The notes beneath the pieces are model-generated. The model worked only from the letters and a program-made list of their open reading frames with translations. It made no database searches and was not told where the DNA came from. From a candidate division WOR-1 bacterium RIFOXYB2_FULL_36_35 (GTDB taxonomy: Bacteria > Margulisbacteria > WOR-1 > XYC2-FULL-46-14 > XYC2-FULL-37-10), in contig MEUA01000027.1 in NCBI GenBank assembly GCA_001771505.1, forward strand, positions 81-64,080: a stretch of 64,000 nucleotides of DNA. The letters run 5' to 3'. The translations under genes were made by a program, and so were the position numbers. Below are positions 18,181 to 27,947 of this stretch, one piece after another. Each line of letters starts with the position of its first letter. Position 1 is the stretch's first letter.

Positions 18181-18777
18181 TTACTGCAAAAGTTCGTTAT
18201 GAATTAGGTCTAAAAGCTTTTTTAGTGCTTCTTTATGTGCTTCTGGTATACTACTAACAAAGGTTTCTACAGTATTTCTAAACAAAGGATTATCCTTAAA
18301 GGGCTTTGCAGCCTCAATATCTTCAGGATGAACCGTTTTTGAATTGAATTTCGCCGTCATTACTGTTAGCTTGTCAACATCAGAAAGAGCTTTAAAAATT
18401 CCTCCGGGAGAATAGACTAGCTGAGCTTGCGCTAAAATAGCCTCTCTAGCCATATCATCTCTGGCAATTCTATCCCAATAAGCTGGCGATCCCCCAAGTT
18501 GTGCCATAGCAAACATTTGCACCTCTTTATCAAGATTAAGTCTTAATAAATTAAACCATATTCTTCGCATCGCTGATACAGGAATCCCAGTTCTTTTTGT
18601 TTCTGCTATCTGGTGGCTTCTGCTTGACGTTAGCTCATATACATAGTCACCACCTAACAATTTACCTATGCTCATCTTAAAAATTGATGTCTGCAGTTTT
18701 TCTTCCTTCCATTTTGGCAACCCTACAAATTTTAACGTTGCCAATGTATGTGATAATGCATCTTTTACTTGTGTCAT
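18181..18777 (-). CDS. Hypothetical protein (198 aa)
   Basis: Strong SD GGGAGGTGA 8 nt upstream of the ATG. No recognisable motif. Confidence 0.6.
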   Translation of the reverse strand: MTQVKDALSHTLATLKFVGLPKWKEEKLQTSIFKMSIGKLLGGDYVYELTSSRSHQIAETKRTGIPVSAMRRIWFNLLRLNLDKEVQMFAMAQLGGSPAYWDRIARDDMAREAILAQAQLVYSPGGIFKALSDVDKLTVMTAKFNSKTVHPEDIEAAKPFKDNPLFRNTVETFVSSIPEAHKEALKKLLDLIHNELLQ

Positions 18778-18931
18778 TATTTTTTCACCTCCCGTTTGAT
18801 TTTAGAAGAATAAGTTCCGATTCTCCTATGATGATTCTTTATCACCTCATTCACAAAAAAATTTCAGCTATTATAAAATGAAACCACTTTTGGTTTACTA
18901 CCAATAAAAGCTATGCTAAAATTTAAAGATC

Positions 18932-19438
18932 ATGAGCATAAAAGGAAAAGCGCGAACAACAAAAACAAAAGACGACATAAATACAGATTATATAATTTCA
19001 GGCCGTTATAAATTTAAAATACAAGACCCTTATGAACTTGCCAAACATGTTATGGAAGATTTGGACCCCGATTTTTACAGGCGGATAGAAAAAGGAGATT
19101 TTTTAGTCGCCGGAAGAAATTTTGGTTGTGGGTCATCCCGCGAACAGGCTCCGCAGGCTATTAAATACTCAGGATTACAGGCTGTCATTGCAAAATCTTT
19201 TGCCAGAATATTTTATAGAAACTGCTTTAATCTGGGACTCCTAGCAATTGAATGTAATACAGATGAAATTGACGAAAATGATGAATTAGAAATAGACCTG
19301 AATAATGGCTTAATTAAAAATTCTACAAAAAACAAAGAGATTAAAATTGCCCCTTTGCCAAAAACGATGCAGACGCTACTTCAAGATGGCGGACTTATAG
19401 AACATTTTAAAAAACACGGGGGGTTTAAAATTACATGA
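18932..19438 (+). CDS. leuD: 3-isopropylmalate dehydratase small subunit
   Basis: 168 aa. [37 protein letters not shown]. Its own extended -10 TGcTAAAAT at 18914-18922, 9 nt before the ATG. Confidence 0.9.
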   Translation: MSIKGKARTTKTKDDINTDYIISGRYKFKIQDPYELAKHVMEDLDPDFYRRIEKGDFLVAGRNFGCGSSREQAPQAIKYSGLQAVIAKSFARIFYRNCFNLGLLAIECNTDEIDENDELEIDLNNGLIKNSTKNKEIKIAPLPKTMQTLLQDGGLIEHFKKHGGFKIT

Positions 19439-19899
19439 GCAATTTACTTGCCATATCTCCTTTTGAATGCAACTTAATAACAAAAATTATCTTTGCGTGT
19501 ATTTTGGGAGGATTTATAGGGTTTTCAAGGGAAAAAGAAGGAAAAGCTGCCGGACTTAGGACTCATATTTTAGTCTGCATAGGAGCAACGATATTTACTA
19601 TGCTCTCATTCATGGCATTTTCTATGTTTCCAAACGTAGATCCAACCCGCATCGCATCCAATGTACTAATAGGTATAGGTTTTATCGGAGCTGGTACTAT
19701 CATTAGAAATGCCGGAGGATCTATCTCCGGAATTACTACTGCCGCATCAATATGGATAGCTGCTGCAATTGGGATGTCTATAAGTTTTGAATTATATCAT
19801 GTTGCAATCTTTACAACCGCTCTAACTTTAATTGTCTTACATTCACTCCATCGTCTTGAAAAAAAATATATACATGACAAAGACAAGCCTTTAAATTAA
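19435..19899 (+). CDS. MgtC/SapB family membrane protein
   Basis: 154 aa. ILGGFIGFSREKEGKAAGLRTHILVCIGATIF. Confidence 0.8.
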   Translation: MSNLLAISPFECNLITKIIFACILGGFIGFSREKEGKAAGLRTHILVCIGATIFTMLSFMAFSMFPNVDPTRIASNVLIGIGFIGAGTIIRNAGGSISGITTAASIWIAAAIGMSISFELYHVAIFTTALTLIVLHSLHRLEKKYIHDKDKPLN

Positions 19900-19904
19900 T
19901 TAGT

Positions 19905-20768
19905 ATGCCTTTAGAAAAAACAATAATTATCCTAGGCCCAACCGCCACAGGAAAAACAAAATTTTCAATTAAGTTAGCAGAAGAGTCAAACGGAGAGATA
20001 ATTTCTGCCGATTCGATGCAAGTTTATCGCGGAATGGATATAGGAACAGCAAAACCTCCCCTGGAAGAGAGAAAAAACATCCCTCACCACTTAATAGATA
20101 TTATAAATCCAGACGAAGAATGGACTGTTTCAGATTTTATAGCAAGCACGAAAAAGATAATCCCTGAAATCATTGTCAGAGGAAAAACGCCCCTTATCGT
20201 AGGGGGTACGGGCCTATATTTATGGGCGCTTATTAACGGGTTTTCCTTCCCTATCGTATCCGGAAATGAAAAAATCCGAGAAAACCTAGAAAAACTAACA
20301 ATAGAAGAGCTCTATACAAAATTAAACTCTGTCGACAAACAGAGCGCCGAAAAAATCCATCAGAACGATCGAAAAAGAATTATACGCGCGCTTGAAGTTT
20401 ATGAACTGACGGGATCACCAATTACTCAGATGCAAAAAATGAAAAAATCTGACACAACAGAAACAGCAAATATAATAGGGCTTAACCTCTCTCGGGAACA
20501 ACTTTACGAAAAAATAAATAGGCGAGCAGACAACATGATAAAAAAAGGATTGATTGATGAAGTAGAAGGATTGTTGGCCAAAGGATATTCAAAAAACCTT
20601 AGATCATTTCAGGCATTGGGATACAAAGAGGTTGTAGAATATCTGGAAGGAAGATGGACAAAGGAAGAAATGATCGAAGAATTAAAAAAAAGGACCCGAA
20701 ACTTTGCAAGAAGACAAATGACCTGGTTTAAAAGATTTAAAAATGTTAAATGGGAATCCCCTGAATGA
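19905..20768 (+). CDS. miaA: tRNA dimethylallyltransferase
   Basis: P-loop GPTATGKT, DSMQVYRGMDIGTAKP, typical MiaA length. Confidence 0.9.
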   Translation: MPLEKTIIILGPTATGKTKFSIKLAEESNGEIISADSMQVYRGMDIGTAKPPLEERKNIPHHLIDIINPDEEWTVSDFIASTKKIIPEIIVRGKTPLIVGGTGLYLWALINGFSFPIVSGNEKIRENLEKLTIEELYTKLNSVDKQSAEKIHQNDRKRIIRALEVYELTGSPITQMQKMKKSDTTETANIIGLNLSREQLYEKINRRADNMIKKGLIDEVEGLLAKGYSKNLRSFQALGYKEVVEYLEGRWTKEEMIEELKKRTRNFARRQMTWFKRFKNVKWESPE

Positions 20769-21979
20769 AAGCACATATAATTTCTCTGGGCTGCCCTAAA
20801 AATCTTTGCGATACCGAAGTCATCATGGGAGAACTTGTTTGTGCCGGCTACTCAATAACGCAAAATTTAAAAGATGCAGACATAATAGTTATAAATACCT
20901 GCGCTTTTCTAAGATCCGCCAGAGACGAATCTTTTGCAATAATTAAAAAGGCAATAAAAAATAAAAAACATAAAGCGAAAATTTATGTGGCTGGTTGCCT
21001 GCCAAAAATAAAAAACGAAAAAAACAGGCTCAACAAGCTAAGCAAGCTCAACGGGATAATCAATTCAGATGATATTTTCGACAGCCACTCCCCCCGCATA
21101 AAAGCTACAAATCCTTGGACCGCCTACATAAAAATTTCTGAGGGCTGCAATAACAGGTGTTCATATTGTCTAATACCTAAAATTCGAGGACCGCTAAAAA
21201 ACCGTAAAGTCGCCGACATTCTAAAAGAGACGAGAGAACTCTCAAAAAAAGGAGTAAAAGAAATTATTTTTGTTGCCCAAGACACTTCCGCACATCCAAA
21301 ATTTGAAGAGATATTAAGAAAAACGGCAAAAATAAAAGATATAAAATGGATTCGTATAATGTACACACACCCCAAACATTTATCAAAAAATCTGATAAAA
21401 ACCATTGAAAAAGAAGCAAAAATATGTAAATACATAGACTTGCCTATCCAACATATTTGTGATAATATTTTAAAAAAGATGAGGAGAGGAGTCTCCTCTT
21501 CTGATGTTCAGGGTTTGATAGAAACCCTACGAAATGAAATAAAGGGCTTAGTTTTAAGAACAAGTTTAATTGTCGGTTTTCCAGGAGAAAAAGAGGGAGA
21601 ATTCTTAAAACTTGCCGATTTCATAAAAAAAATGCAGTTTGAAAGGTTGGGAATTTTTAAATATAGCAAAGAAGAAGGGACATCTGCAGCAAAATTAAGG
21701 GGGCAGATTCCCGAAAAAGTTAAAGAATTTAGGTTTCACAAGTTAATGGCTTTGCAGAACCAAATATCTAAGGGGCTGAATAAAAAATTGATCGGTAAAA
21801 CATTCGAAGTTTTAATAGAAAAAATCGGTAAAAACTTCTGTATAGGACGAACTTATATGGATGCGCCAGATATAGATGGTTCTGTAAAAATATTTAATCC
21901 CAATTTAAAATTGGGCAGGTTCGTTAAAGCTAAAATTGTCAAAGCGTCTGCTTACGATCTTGAAGCCGTTTTAACCTGA
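20765..21979 (+). CDS. rimO: Ribosomal protein S12 methylthiotransferase (radical SAM, MTTase family)
   Basis: N-terminal LGCPKNLCDTE, NTCAF, radical SAM CNNRCSYC, C-terminal TRAM-like domain. Confidence 0.8.
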   Translation: MKAHIISLGCPKNLCDTEVIMGELVCAGYSITQNLKDADIIVINTCAFLRSARDESFAIIKKAIKNKKHKAKIYVAGCLPKIKNEKNRLNKLSKLNGIINSDDIFDSHSPRIKATNPWTAYIKISEGCNNRCSYCLIPKIRGPLKNRKVADILKETRELSKKGVKEIIFVAQDTSAHPKFEEILRKTAKIKDIKWIRIMYTHPKHLSKNLIKTIEKEAKICKYIDLPIQHICDNILKKMRRGVSSSDVQGLIETLRNEIKGLVLRTSLIVGFPGEKEGEFLKLADFIKKMQFERLGIFKYSKEEGTSAAKLRGQIPEKVKEFRFHKLMALQNQISKGLNKKLIGKTFEVLIEKIGKNFCIGRTYMDAPDIDGSVKIFNPNLKLGRFVKAKIVKASAYDLEAVLT

Positions 21980-22488
21980 ATATCCCAAATCTTTTAACTT
22001 CGTTTAGAATTGCTTTAATCCCCTTACTTGTAACCTTGTTGTATTTAAACAAATACTACTTGGCATCAGCGTTATTTACAGTGTTGGCTATAACCGATTT
22101 TTTTGACGGTTATCTGGCGCGTAAAAACAAAGAAGTGACAAATTTTGGCAAGCTGATGGATCCTATTGCTGATAAAGTTCTTGTCATATCAGCATTGATA
22201 ATCTTAACAGAAAAGGGGATGGCAGCATCCCTGCCGGTTGTAATAATTTCTGTTAGAGAAATTTTTATAAGTGGATGGAGAGCCCATTTGGGAGCAGAAG
22301 GCAAAATAATAGCCGCGGGATTGTCTGGAAAGGCTAAAACAGTTATGCAAGTCTTAGCTGTTTTAATGCTTATGTTAGAAATCCCTTTTGGAAATTTATG
22401 CCTATGGATCGCAATGATCCTTTCTGTGTATTCCGGAGTTGAATATATACATCTCCACGCCAAAAAATTTGGTATGGAGCTAAAGTAG
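21976..22488 (+). CDS. pgsA: CDP-diacylglycerol--glycerol-3-phosphate 3-phosphatidyltransferase
   Basis: DGYLARK ... GKLMDPIADK motif. The conserved N-terminus NIPNLLTSFRIALIPLL is encoded upstream of the ORF-track TTG (22036). The frame is open only from 21964 and has no ATG/GTG/TTG, so a CTG (21976) or ATC start is inferred. Confidence 0.75.
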   Translation: MNIPNLLTSFRIALIPLLVTLLYLNKYYLASALFTVLAITDFFDGYLARKNKEVTNFGKLMDPIADKVLVISALIILTEKGMAASLPVVIISVREIFISGWRAHLGAEGKIIAAGLSGKAKTVMQVLAVLMLMLEIPFGNLCLWIAMILSVYSGVEYIHLHAKKFGMELK

Positions 22489-22496
22489 ATAAAACA

Positions 22497-23051
22497 ATGG
22501 AAAGAGAAAATATAAAACCCATAGAGGTTAAACTTGAAGACTTTTATAGTAAAATTTTAAGTTCGTTGGGGAAAATAACAGATTTTGAAATTGCTGAGCT
22601 ATTAAAAACCAGTCATCAGACAATAGCTACAGCAGAATCTATGACAGGAGGAATGATAGCTGCAAGGCTGACAAACATTCCTGGAAGTTCTGATTATTTT
22701 ATAGGTGGGGTTATAAGTTATCATGACAGGATAAAAATACAGGAACTGCAAATCCCGCCAAAAATTTTTGCACAAGAAGGGGCTGTAAGCGCAAAGATTG
22801 CCACTTTAATGGCCGAAGGAATAAAGCGAAAATTTAAAACAGATATTGGACTTGCAATTACAGGTTGTGCAGGTCCGGATCCGCTACCTCCCGCTCCAGT
22901 AGGGTTAGTATATTTATCACTTGTAACAAATGCATCAAGTGAATGCAAAGAGTTAACTCTTGAAAGGACGCGAAGTGAAATAAGGGAGAAAGCAACCCAG
23001 GCTGCAATGGGGCTTTTATGGTTTCACTTAGGTGGCGGAACAAAACTTTAG
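22497..23051 (+). CDS. pncC: CinA C-terminal domain protein / nicotinamide-nucleotide amidohydrolase PncC
   Basis: 184 aa. TIATAESMTGGMIAARLTNIPGSSDYFIGGVISY and GLAITGCAGP. Confidence 0.85.
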   Translation: MERENIKPIEVKLEDFYSKILSSLGKITDFEIAELLKTSHQTIATAESMTGGMIAARLTNIPGSSDYFIGGVISYHDRIKIQELQIPPKIFAQEGAVSAKIATLMAEGIKRKFKTDIGLAITGCAGPDPLPPAPVGLVYLSLVTNASSECKELTLERTRSEIREKATQAAMGLLWFHLGGGTKL

Positions 23052-23105
23052 TTAAGGTGCAAAGATAAAAAGTCTTATGCACAAGTAAAAAAAGGAGGAA
23101 GTAAA

Positions 23106-24197
23106 ATGTCAAATGAAAAGGCAAAAGCACTGGAGATGGCAATATCTCAAATAGAAAAAAATTTCGGTAAAGGGTCCATCATGAAAATGGGGGAAGCAAG
23201 CAAATTGCATGTTGAAGTTATTTCAACAGGCAGCATAGGATTAGATTCAGTGTTAGGGGTTGGAGGTTTTCCGAGGGGAAGGATTATTGAAATTTTCGGG
23301 CCTGAGTCAGGAGGAAAAACAACTGTATCGCTACAGGCTATTGGCGCAGCACAAAAACAAGGAGGGACAGCAGCTTTTATAGACGCGGAACATTCCATGG
23401 ATCCATTATATGCAAAAAAAATAGGCGTAGACACGCAAAACCTTTTGATTTCGCAGCCAGACTATGGAGAACAAGCTCTGGAAATTTGTGAAACATTGGT
23501 CAGGTCAAATGCTTTGGATATAATTGTGATCGACTCCGTGGCAGCCTTGGTGCCAAAGGCGGAAGTCGAAGGGGAAATGGGAGATTCTCATATCGGCCTA
23601 CAAGCGAGGCTTATGTCCCAGGCTCTGCGAAAGCTAACAGCAGTTGTTTCAAAGTCTAAAACTGTCCTTATTTTTATCAACCAATTACGAGAAAAAGTTG
23701 GAGTAATGTTTGGAAGTCCGGAAACAACGCCAGGAGGGAGAGCTTTAAAGTTCTATTCATCATTAAGGTTAGATGTTAGGGCTCAGGAAAAAATAAAAGA
23801 AGGGGAAAAAATCATTGGAACAAGAGTAAAAATAAAAGTAGTAAAAAATAAAGTTGCCCCTCCGTTCACATCAACATCATTTGTATTAATTCATGGGGAA
23901 GGAATTTCTCATGAGGCAGAATTACTTGATATGGGAACTAATTATGACATCGTAGAAAAAAGCGGTTCATGGTACGCATTTGAAGGAGAAAAATTAGGCC
24001 AAGGATATGATGCAAGTTTAAAATTTCTAAGTGAACATTCGGCGATTTCCAATAAAATAGAAACAAAAATCCGCCAAAAAATAGAAGAAGCAAAAAAAAC
24101 AAGCGAAGAAAAACGTTCCGTCGCAACGAGTTCGCGAACAGTTGCAACCAGTTCTCGAAAAGATATAAAAAAAGCAGTTAACCAAGCAACTGCCTAA
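23106..24197 (+). CDS. recA: Recombinase RecA
   Basis: Walker [10 protein letters not shown], canonical RecA core. SD AAAGGAGGAAG upstream. Confidence 0.98.
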   Translation: MSNEKAKALEMAISQIEKNFGKGSIMKMGEASKLHVEVISTGSIGLDSVLGVGGFPRGRIIEIFGPESGGKTTVSLQAIGAAQKQGGTAAFIDAEHSMDPLYAKKIGVDTQNLLISQPDYGEQALEICETLVRSNALDIIVIDSVAALVPKAEVEGEMGDSHIGLQARLMSQALRKLTAVVSKSKTVLIFINQLREKVGVMFGSPETTPGGRALKFYSSLRLDVRAQEKIKEGEKIIGTRVKIKVVKNKVAPPFTSTSFVLIHGEGISHEAELLDMGTNYDIVEKSGSWYAFEGEKLGQGYDASLKFLSEHSAISNKIETKIRQKIEEAKKTSEEKRSVATSSRTVATSSRKDIKKAVNQATA

Positions 24198-24226
24198 AAA
24201 AAACTAGTTAAAGGAGTGATAAAATA

Positions 24227-25774
24227 ATGGAAACACAATTTTTAATGTATTTAGGCGTACTTATTGTAATAATTTTAATCGCAGCAATTATATACCTTAT
24301 TGCAAGACAAAAATACAGCGACGACAAAGTCAAAGTTGCAGAGGAAACAGCAAAAAGGATCCTCGAAGAGGCCAAGAGAAATGCGGAAACCAAAAAGAAA
24401 GAGGCTCTGCTTGAAGCAAAAGAAGAAGCTGTCCGTCTGCGGCAAGAATTTGAAAAAGAATCGAAAGAGAGAAAAACAGAGCTCGGAAACATTGAACGCA
24501 GGCTGCTCCAAAGAGAAGAATACCTTGAGAAAAAAGAAAAAAACATAGATACCGAAGAGCTAAAACTAAAAGAACAGCTTGAAAATGTTGAAAAAACAAA
24601 AGAAGAGCTAAAACATGTTTTATCAGAACACATAAAAGAGCTGGAGAAAGCCTCATCTCTTCCAAAGGAAGAGGCCAAAAAGATTCTGCTTCAAAATTTA
24701 GAAAAAGAATTAGAAAGAGACGCAGCTCTTAGAATAAGCAAAAATGAAGAAAAAATAAAGCAGGAGTCGGAAAAAAAGGCCCGCGAAATTCTAGTAACAG
24801 CTATTCAAAGATGCTCTGTGGATCATGTCGTTGAAACCACCACCTCAGTAGTAGAACTTCCCTCCGATGAAATGAAAGGAAGAATTATAGGTCGTGAAGG
24901 GAGAAATATCAGAGCATTTGAAACATTAACAGGGGTTGATTTAGTCGTTGACGACACACCGGAAGCTGTTATTATTTCGAGTTTTGATCCGCTAAGAAGG
25001 GAGACAGCGCGAAGAACTCTTGAAAAATTAATTGTTGACGGACGTATCCACCCCGCACGAGTTGAAGAGATGTACAACAAATCCAAAGAAGAACTGAAGG
25101 TCGCAATGTGGGAAGCAGGAGAAAAGGCAGTAATGGAAACAGATATACATGGCGTTCCTCCTGTCTTAATTCAATTGCTTGGAAGATTAAAATACAGAAC
25201 AAGTTACGGTCAAAATGTTTTGCAACATTCAATTGAAATGGCGCATCTTGCCGGAATGCTTGCCTCAGAACTGGGAGTAAATGTTAAGCTTGCAAAACGA
25301 GGTGCGCTACTTCACGACATAGGAAAAGCAATCGACCAGGAAGTAGAAGGAACACACGTAAAATTAGGAGTTTTGTTCGCTCAAAAAGCAGGAGAAAGCC
25401 CCGAAGTAATTCATGCCATAGAAGCCCATCACGAAGATGTTCAGCCAAAAACCATTGAAGCCGTACTTGTGATGGTAGCAGATACAATTTCAAGCTCCCG
25501 TCCAGGCGCTAGGCGCGATAGTTTGGAATCATATGTAAAACGTCTAGAAAAACTCGAATCAGTGGCAAAGTCTTTCGAGGGAGTAGAAAAATGTTTCGCT
25601 ATACAAGCAGGTCGCGAAATTAGAGTTATAGTCCAACCTGATAAAATAGACGATATAATGTCGGCAAAATTAGCTCATGATATTGCTAAAAAGATTGAGA
25701 CTGAGCTTGAATATCCCGGAGAGATAAAAGTTACTGTAATTAGAGAGACAAGAAGTACAGATGTTGCAAAATAA
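24227..25774 (+). CDS. rny: Ribonuclease Y
   Basis: N-terminal TM helix, Lys/Glu-rich coiled coil, KH domain ([15 protein letters not shown]), HD domain (LLHDIGKA). Confidence 0.95.
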   Translation: METQFLMYLGVLIVIILIAAIIYLIARQKYSDDKVKVAEETAKRILEEAKRNAETKKKEALLEAKEEAVRLRQEFEKESKERKTELGNIERRLLQREEYLEKKEKNIDTEELKLKEQLENVEKTKEELKHVLSEHIKELEKASSLPKEEAKKILLQNLEKELERDAALRISKNEEKIKQESEKKAREILVTAIQRCSVDHVVETTTSVVELPSDEMKGRIIGREGRNIRAFETLTGVDLVVDDTPEAVIISSFDPLRRETARRTLEKLIVDGRIHPARVEEMYNKSKEELKVAMWEAGEKAVMETDIHGVPPVLIQLLGRLKYRTSYGQNVLQHSIEMAHLAGMLASELGVNVKLAKRGALLHDIGKAIDQEVEGTHVKLGVLFAQKAGESPEVIHAIEAHHEDVQPKTIEAVLVMVADTISSSRPGARRDSLESYVKRLEKLESVAKSFEGVEKCFAIQAGREIRVIVQPDKIDDIMSAKLAHDIAKKIETELEYPGEIKVTVIRETRSTDVAK

Positions 25775-26597
25775 AACTGTTAATATTTTATTTATAGGAG
25801 ATATTATAGGCTCTCTCGGAAGAAAAGTTACACAGAATATACTCCCGGAATTAAAAAGAGAGCTAAACGTAGATATTACTATTGCTCAGGGTGAAAACTC
25901 CGCCCATGGTTATGGCATAACCAAAAAAATTTACAATTGGTTTTCTGATATAGGAATTAATGTTATAACCATGGGAAATCATGTATGGGATAAAAAAGAG
26001 ATCATAAAAGATGCTGCAAGCTTTGAAATGATGGCAAGGCCCGCTAATTTTCCTCTTGAAAAAGGGGTTCCAGGCAAGGAATACGTTATAGAAAAAACAA
26101 AAGACGGCCATAGAATAGCAGTTGTATCCCTTGTTGGGCGTGTATTTATGTCTCCACTTGATTGTCCTTTTCAAGCAAGCGATAGAATATTAAAAGAGAT
26201 AGAAAAAGATGCAGATATCATTATTATAGATATACACGCAGAAGCAACCTCTGAAAAAGTAGCTTTAAGTTATTATTTAGACGGTAAAGTTTCGGCTATC
26301 TTTGGCACGCACACCCATGTTATTACCGCAGATGAGAGGATATTGCCTGGTGGAACAGCATACATCACAGATGTCGGAATGGTTGGAGGAAAAAATTCTA
26401 TAATTGGCATGAAAAAAGAGCAGATTTTAAAAAAATTTATAACCGGCATGCACGAAAAATTTGAGCCGGTAGAAGAAGACGATGGAATATTTAATGCGGT
26501 ATTTGCCCAAATAGATTCAAAAACAGGTAGAGCTGTAAGCATAAAAAAAATCATAAAAACAATAGATGACCCTTTTAACCCCGATCATTCACTATAG
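25761..26597 (+). CDS. ymdB: YmdB-family metallophosphoesterase
   Basis: [28 protein letters not shown] motifs. Directly downstream of rny as in Bacillus. Confidence 0.9.
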   Translation: MLQNKTVNILFIGDIIGSLGRKVTQNILPELKRELNVDITIAQGENSAHGYGITKKIYNWFSDIGINVITMGNHVWDKKEIIKDAASFEMMARPANFPLEKGVPGKEYVIEKTKDGHRIAVVSLVGRVFMSPLDCPFQASDRILKEIEKDADIIIIDIHAEATSEKVALSYYLDGKVSAIFGTHTHVITADERILPGGTAYITDVGMVGGKNSIIGMKKEQILKKFITGMHEKFEPVEEDDGIFNAVFAQIDSKTGRAVSIKKIIKTIDDPFNPDHSL

Positions 26598-26637
26598 AAC
26601 CAGAAATTAACTCCGATTATGATTGTCGGGATTAATT
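26577..26637. repeat. Family-A terminus plus hairpin between convergent ymdB and uvrC
   Basis: aaccccgatcattca (26577-26592) encodes the last ymdB codons. The hairpin aattaactccgat...gtcgggattaatt contains the uvrC stop codon. Confidence 0.75.
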
Positions 26638-27930
26638 AAAAAGGGTTTTTCCTCTTTTACTTCTATGAAAAGAGATAGCGAATCTATGCGCCTCGTTTCT
26701 TATCCTTTGTAACAACTTCAAGGCAGCAGATGTTTCCGGCAGTTTTAAAGGAGTTTTCTTCCTGGGAGAAAAAATTAATTCCTCTTTTTTTGCAAGTCCT
26801 ATCAGCGGAATTTTTAATTCAGCCTTCATCATCGCATTGTAAGCCCCGTTAACCTGGCCCTTTCCTCCATCTATTAATATAAGGTCAGGAGAAGGAAGTT
26901 TTTCTTTTAAAGTCTTCGCGTATCGTCTATAAACAACCTCATATATTGCCGCTACATCATTTGGCCCTTCTATTGTTTTGATTGTAAATTTTCGATAGTT
27001 TTCTTTTGAAGGCTCTCCATTAATAAAAGTTACCATAGAGGCTACTGTTTTTGTCCCTTGCGTATTTGAAACATCAAACCCTTCTATTCTATAGGGTTTC
27101 TTATCTAACCTTAAAACCTGTTTAAGCTGATTAAGCGCCGGTTTATAGCTGGTCGCTTTACTGTTAGACAACCAAAAAGGTTTTGCCCTGGTAATTTTTT
27201 TTATTTTATAAATTTTATCCCTTATACTTGCAGCATATTCAAAATCGTGTCTATCTGAAGCCTCCTTCATTTCAGCCTCAAGGTTGTATATTGTTTTTTC
27301 AAGATTCCCTGATAAAAGTTCAACCACCGCCGAAATAATCTTTTTGTATGTCTCTTTTGATGTTTTATAAACACAAGGAGCAAGACATTTTTTAATATGA
27401 AAATTAAGACAGGGCTGCTTTCTTATTTTTAAAGGGGAAGATTTGCATTTTCTAAAAGAAAAAAGCTTTCCCACTAACTTAATAGTTTCCTTGACACTTC
27501 CTGCTTCATATGGACCAAAATAAAGAGAACCATCATCTTCTTTTGTCCTGACAAGAAACAACCGCGGCCAATCCTCGCTTATAGAAAGCTTAAGATAAGG
27601 ATAACGTTTATCGTCTTTCCATTGAACATTATATTTAGGCTTATATTTTTTTATTAATTTTTGCTCTAAAAGAAGGGCCTCAAGTTCTGAAGAGGTAACA
27701 ATATATTCAATGGTCTTATAGTTAGAAATTAATGATTCTGTTTTTGGAGAATCTATATTTTTTTTAAAGTAAGATGCCAAACGATTTTTTAAAGATTTTG
27801 CTTTTCCCACATAGATAACATTGCTTTCCGCATCTTTAAAAATATATATGCCTGGAAGTGAAGGGAAATCGAAGTTTTGAGTATTTATGATTGCTTCGAC
27901 TGTGAATATTCGGGATTTATACTTTGACAT
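26632..27930 (-). CDS. uvrC: Excinuclease ABC subunit C, short form without C-terminal (HhH)2 domain
   Basis: GIY-YIG (PGIYIFKDAESNVIYVGKAKSLKNRL), UVR motif (FEYAASIRDKIYKIKKI), RNase H-like endonuclease region (EGFDVSNTQGT, IDGGKGQ). Ends right after AHRFAISFHRSKRGK. Confidence 0.85.
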   Translation of the reverse strand: MSKYKSRIFTVEAIINTQNFDFPSLPGIYIFKDAESNVIYVGKAKSLKNRLASYFKKNIDSPKTESLISNYKTIEYIVTSSELEALLLEQKLIKKYKPKYNVQWKDDKRYPYLKLSISEDWPRLFLVRTKEDDGSLYFGPYEAGSVKETIKLVGKLFSFRKCKSSPLKIRKQPCLNFHIKKCLAPCVYKTSKETYKKIISAVVELLSGNLEKTIYNLEAEMKEASDRHDFEYAASIRDKIYKIKKITRAKPFWLSNSKATSYKPALNQLKQVLRLDKKPYRIEGFDVSNTQGTKTVASMVTFINGEPSKENYRKFTIKTIEGPNDVAAIYEVVYRRYAKTLKEKLPSPDLILIDGGKGQVNGAYNAMMKAELKIPLIGLAKKEELIFSPRKKTPLKLPETSAALKLLQRIRNEAHRFAISFHRSKRGKTLFN

Positions 27931-27947
27931 AATAATTTAGAAAAAAT

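Noticed and set aside
24208-24678. Several long ORFs antisense to or out of frame with rny (Ser/Phe-rich 156 aa, 111 aa, 82 aa, 78 aa).
   Set aside because: These are shadows of the Lys/Glu-rich, purine-biased coiled-coil coding region of RNase Y. They are low-complexity translations with no start signals. The same reasoning applies to most short antisense ORFs in the track.
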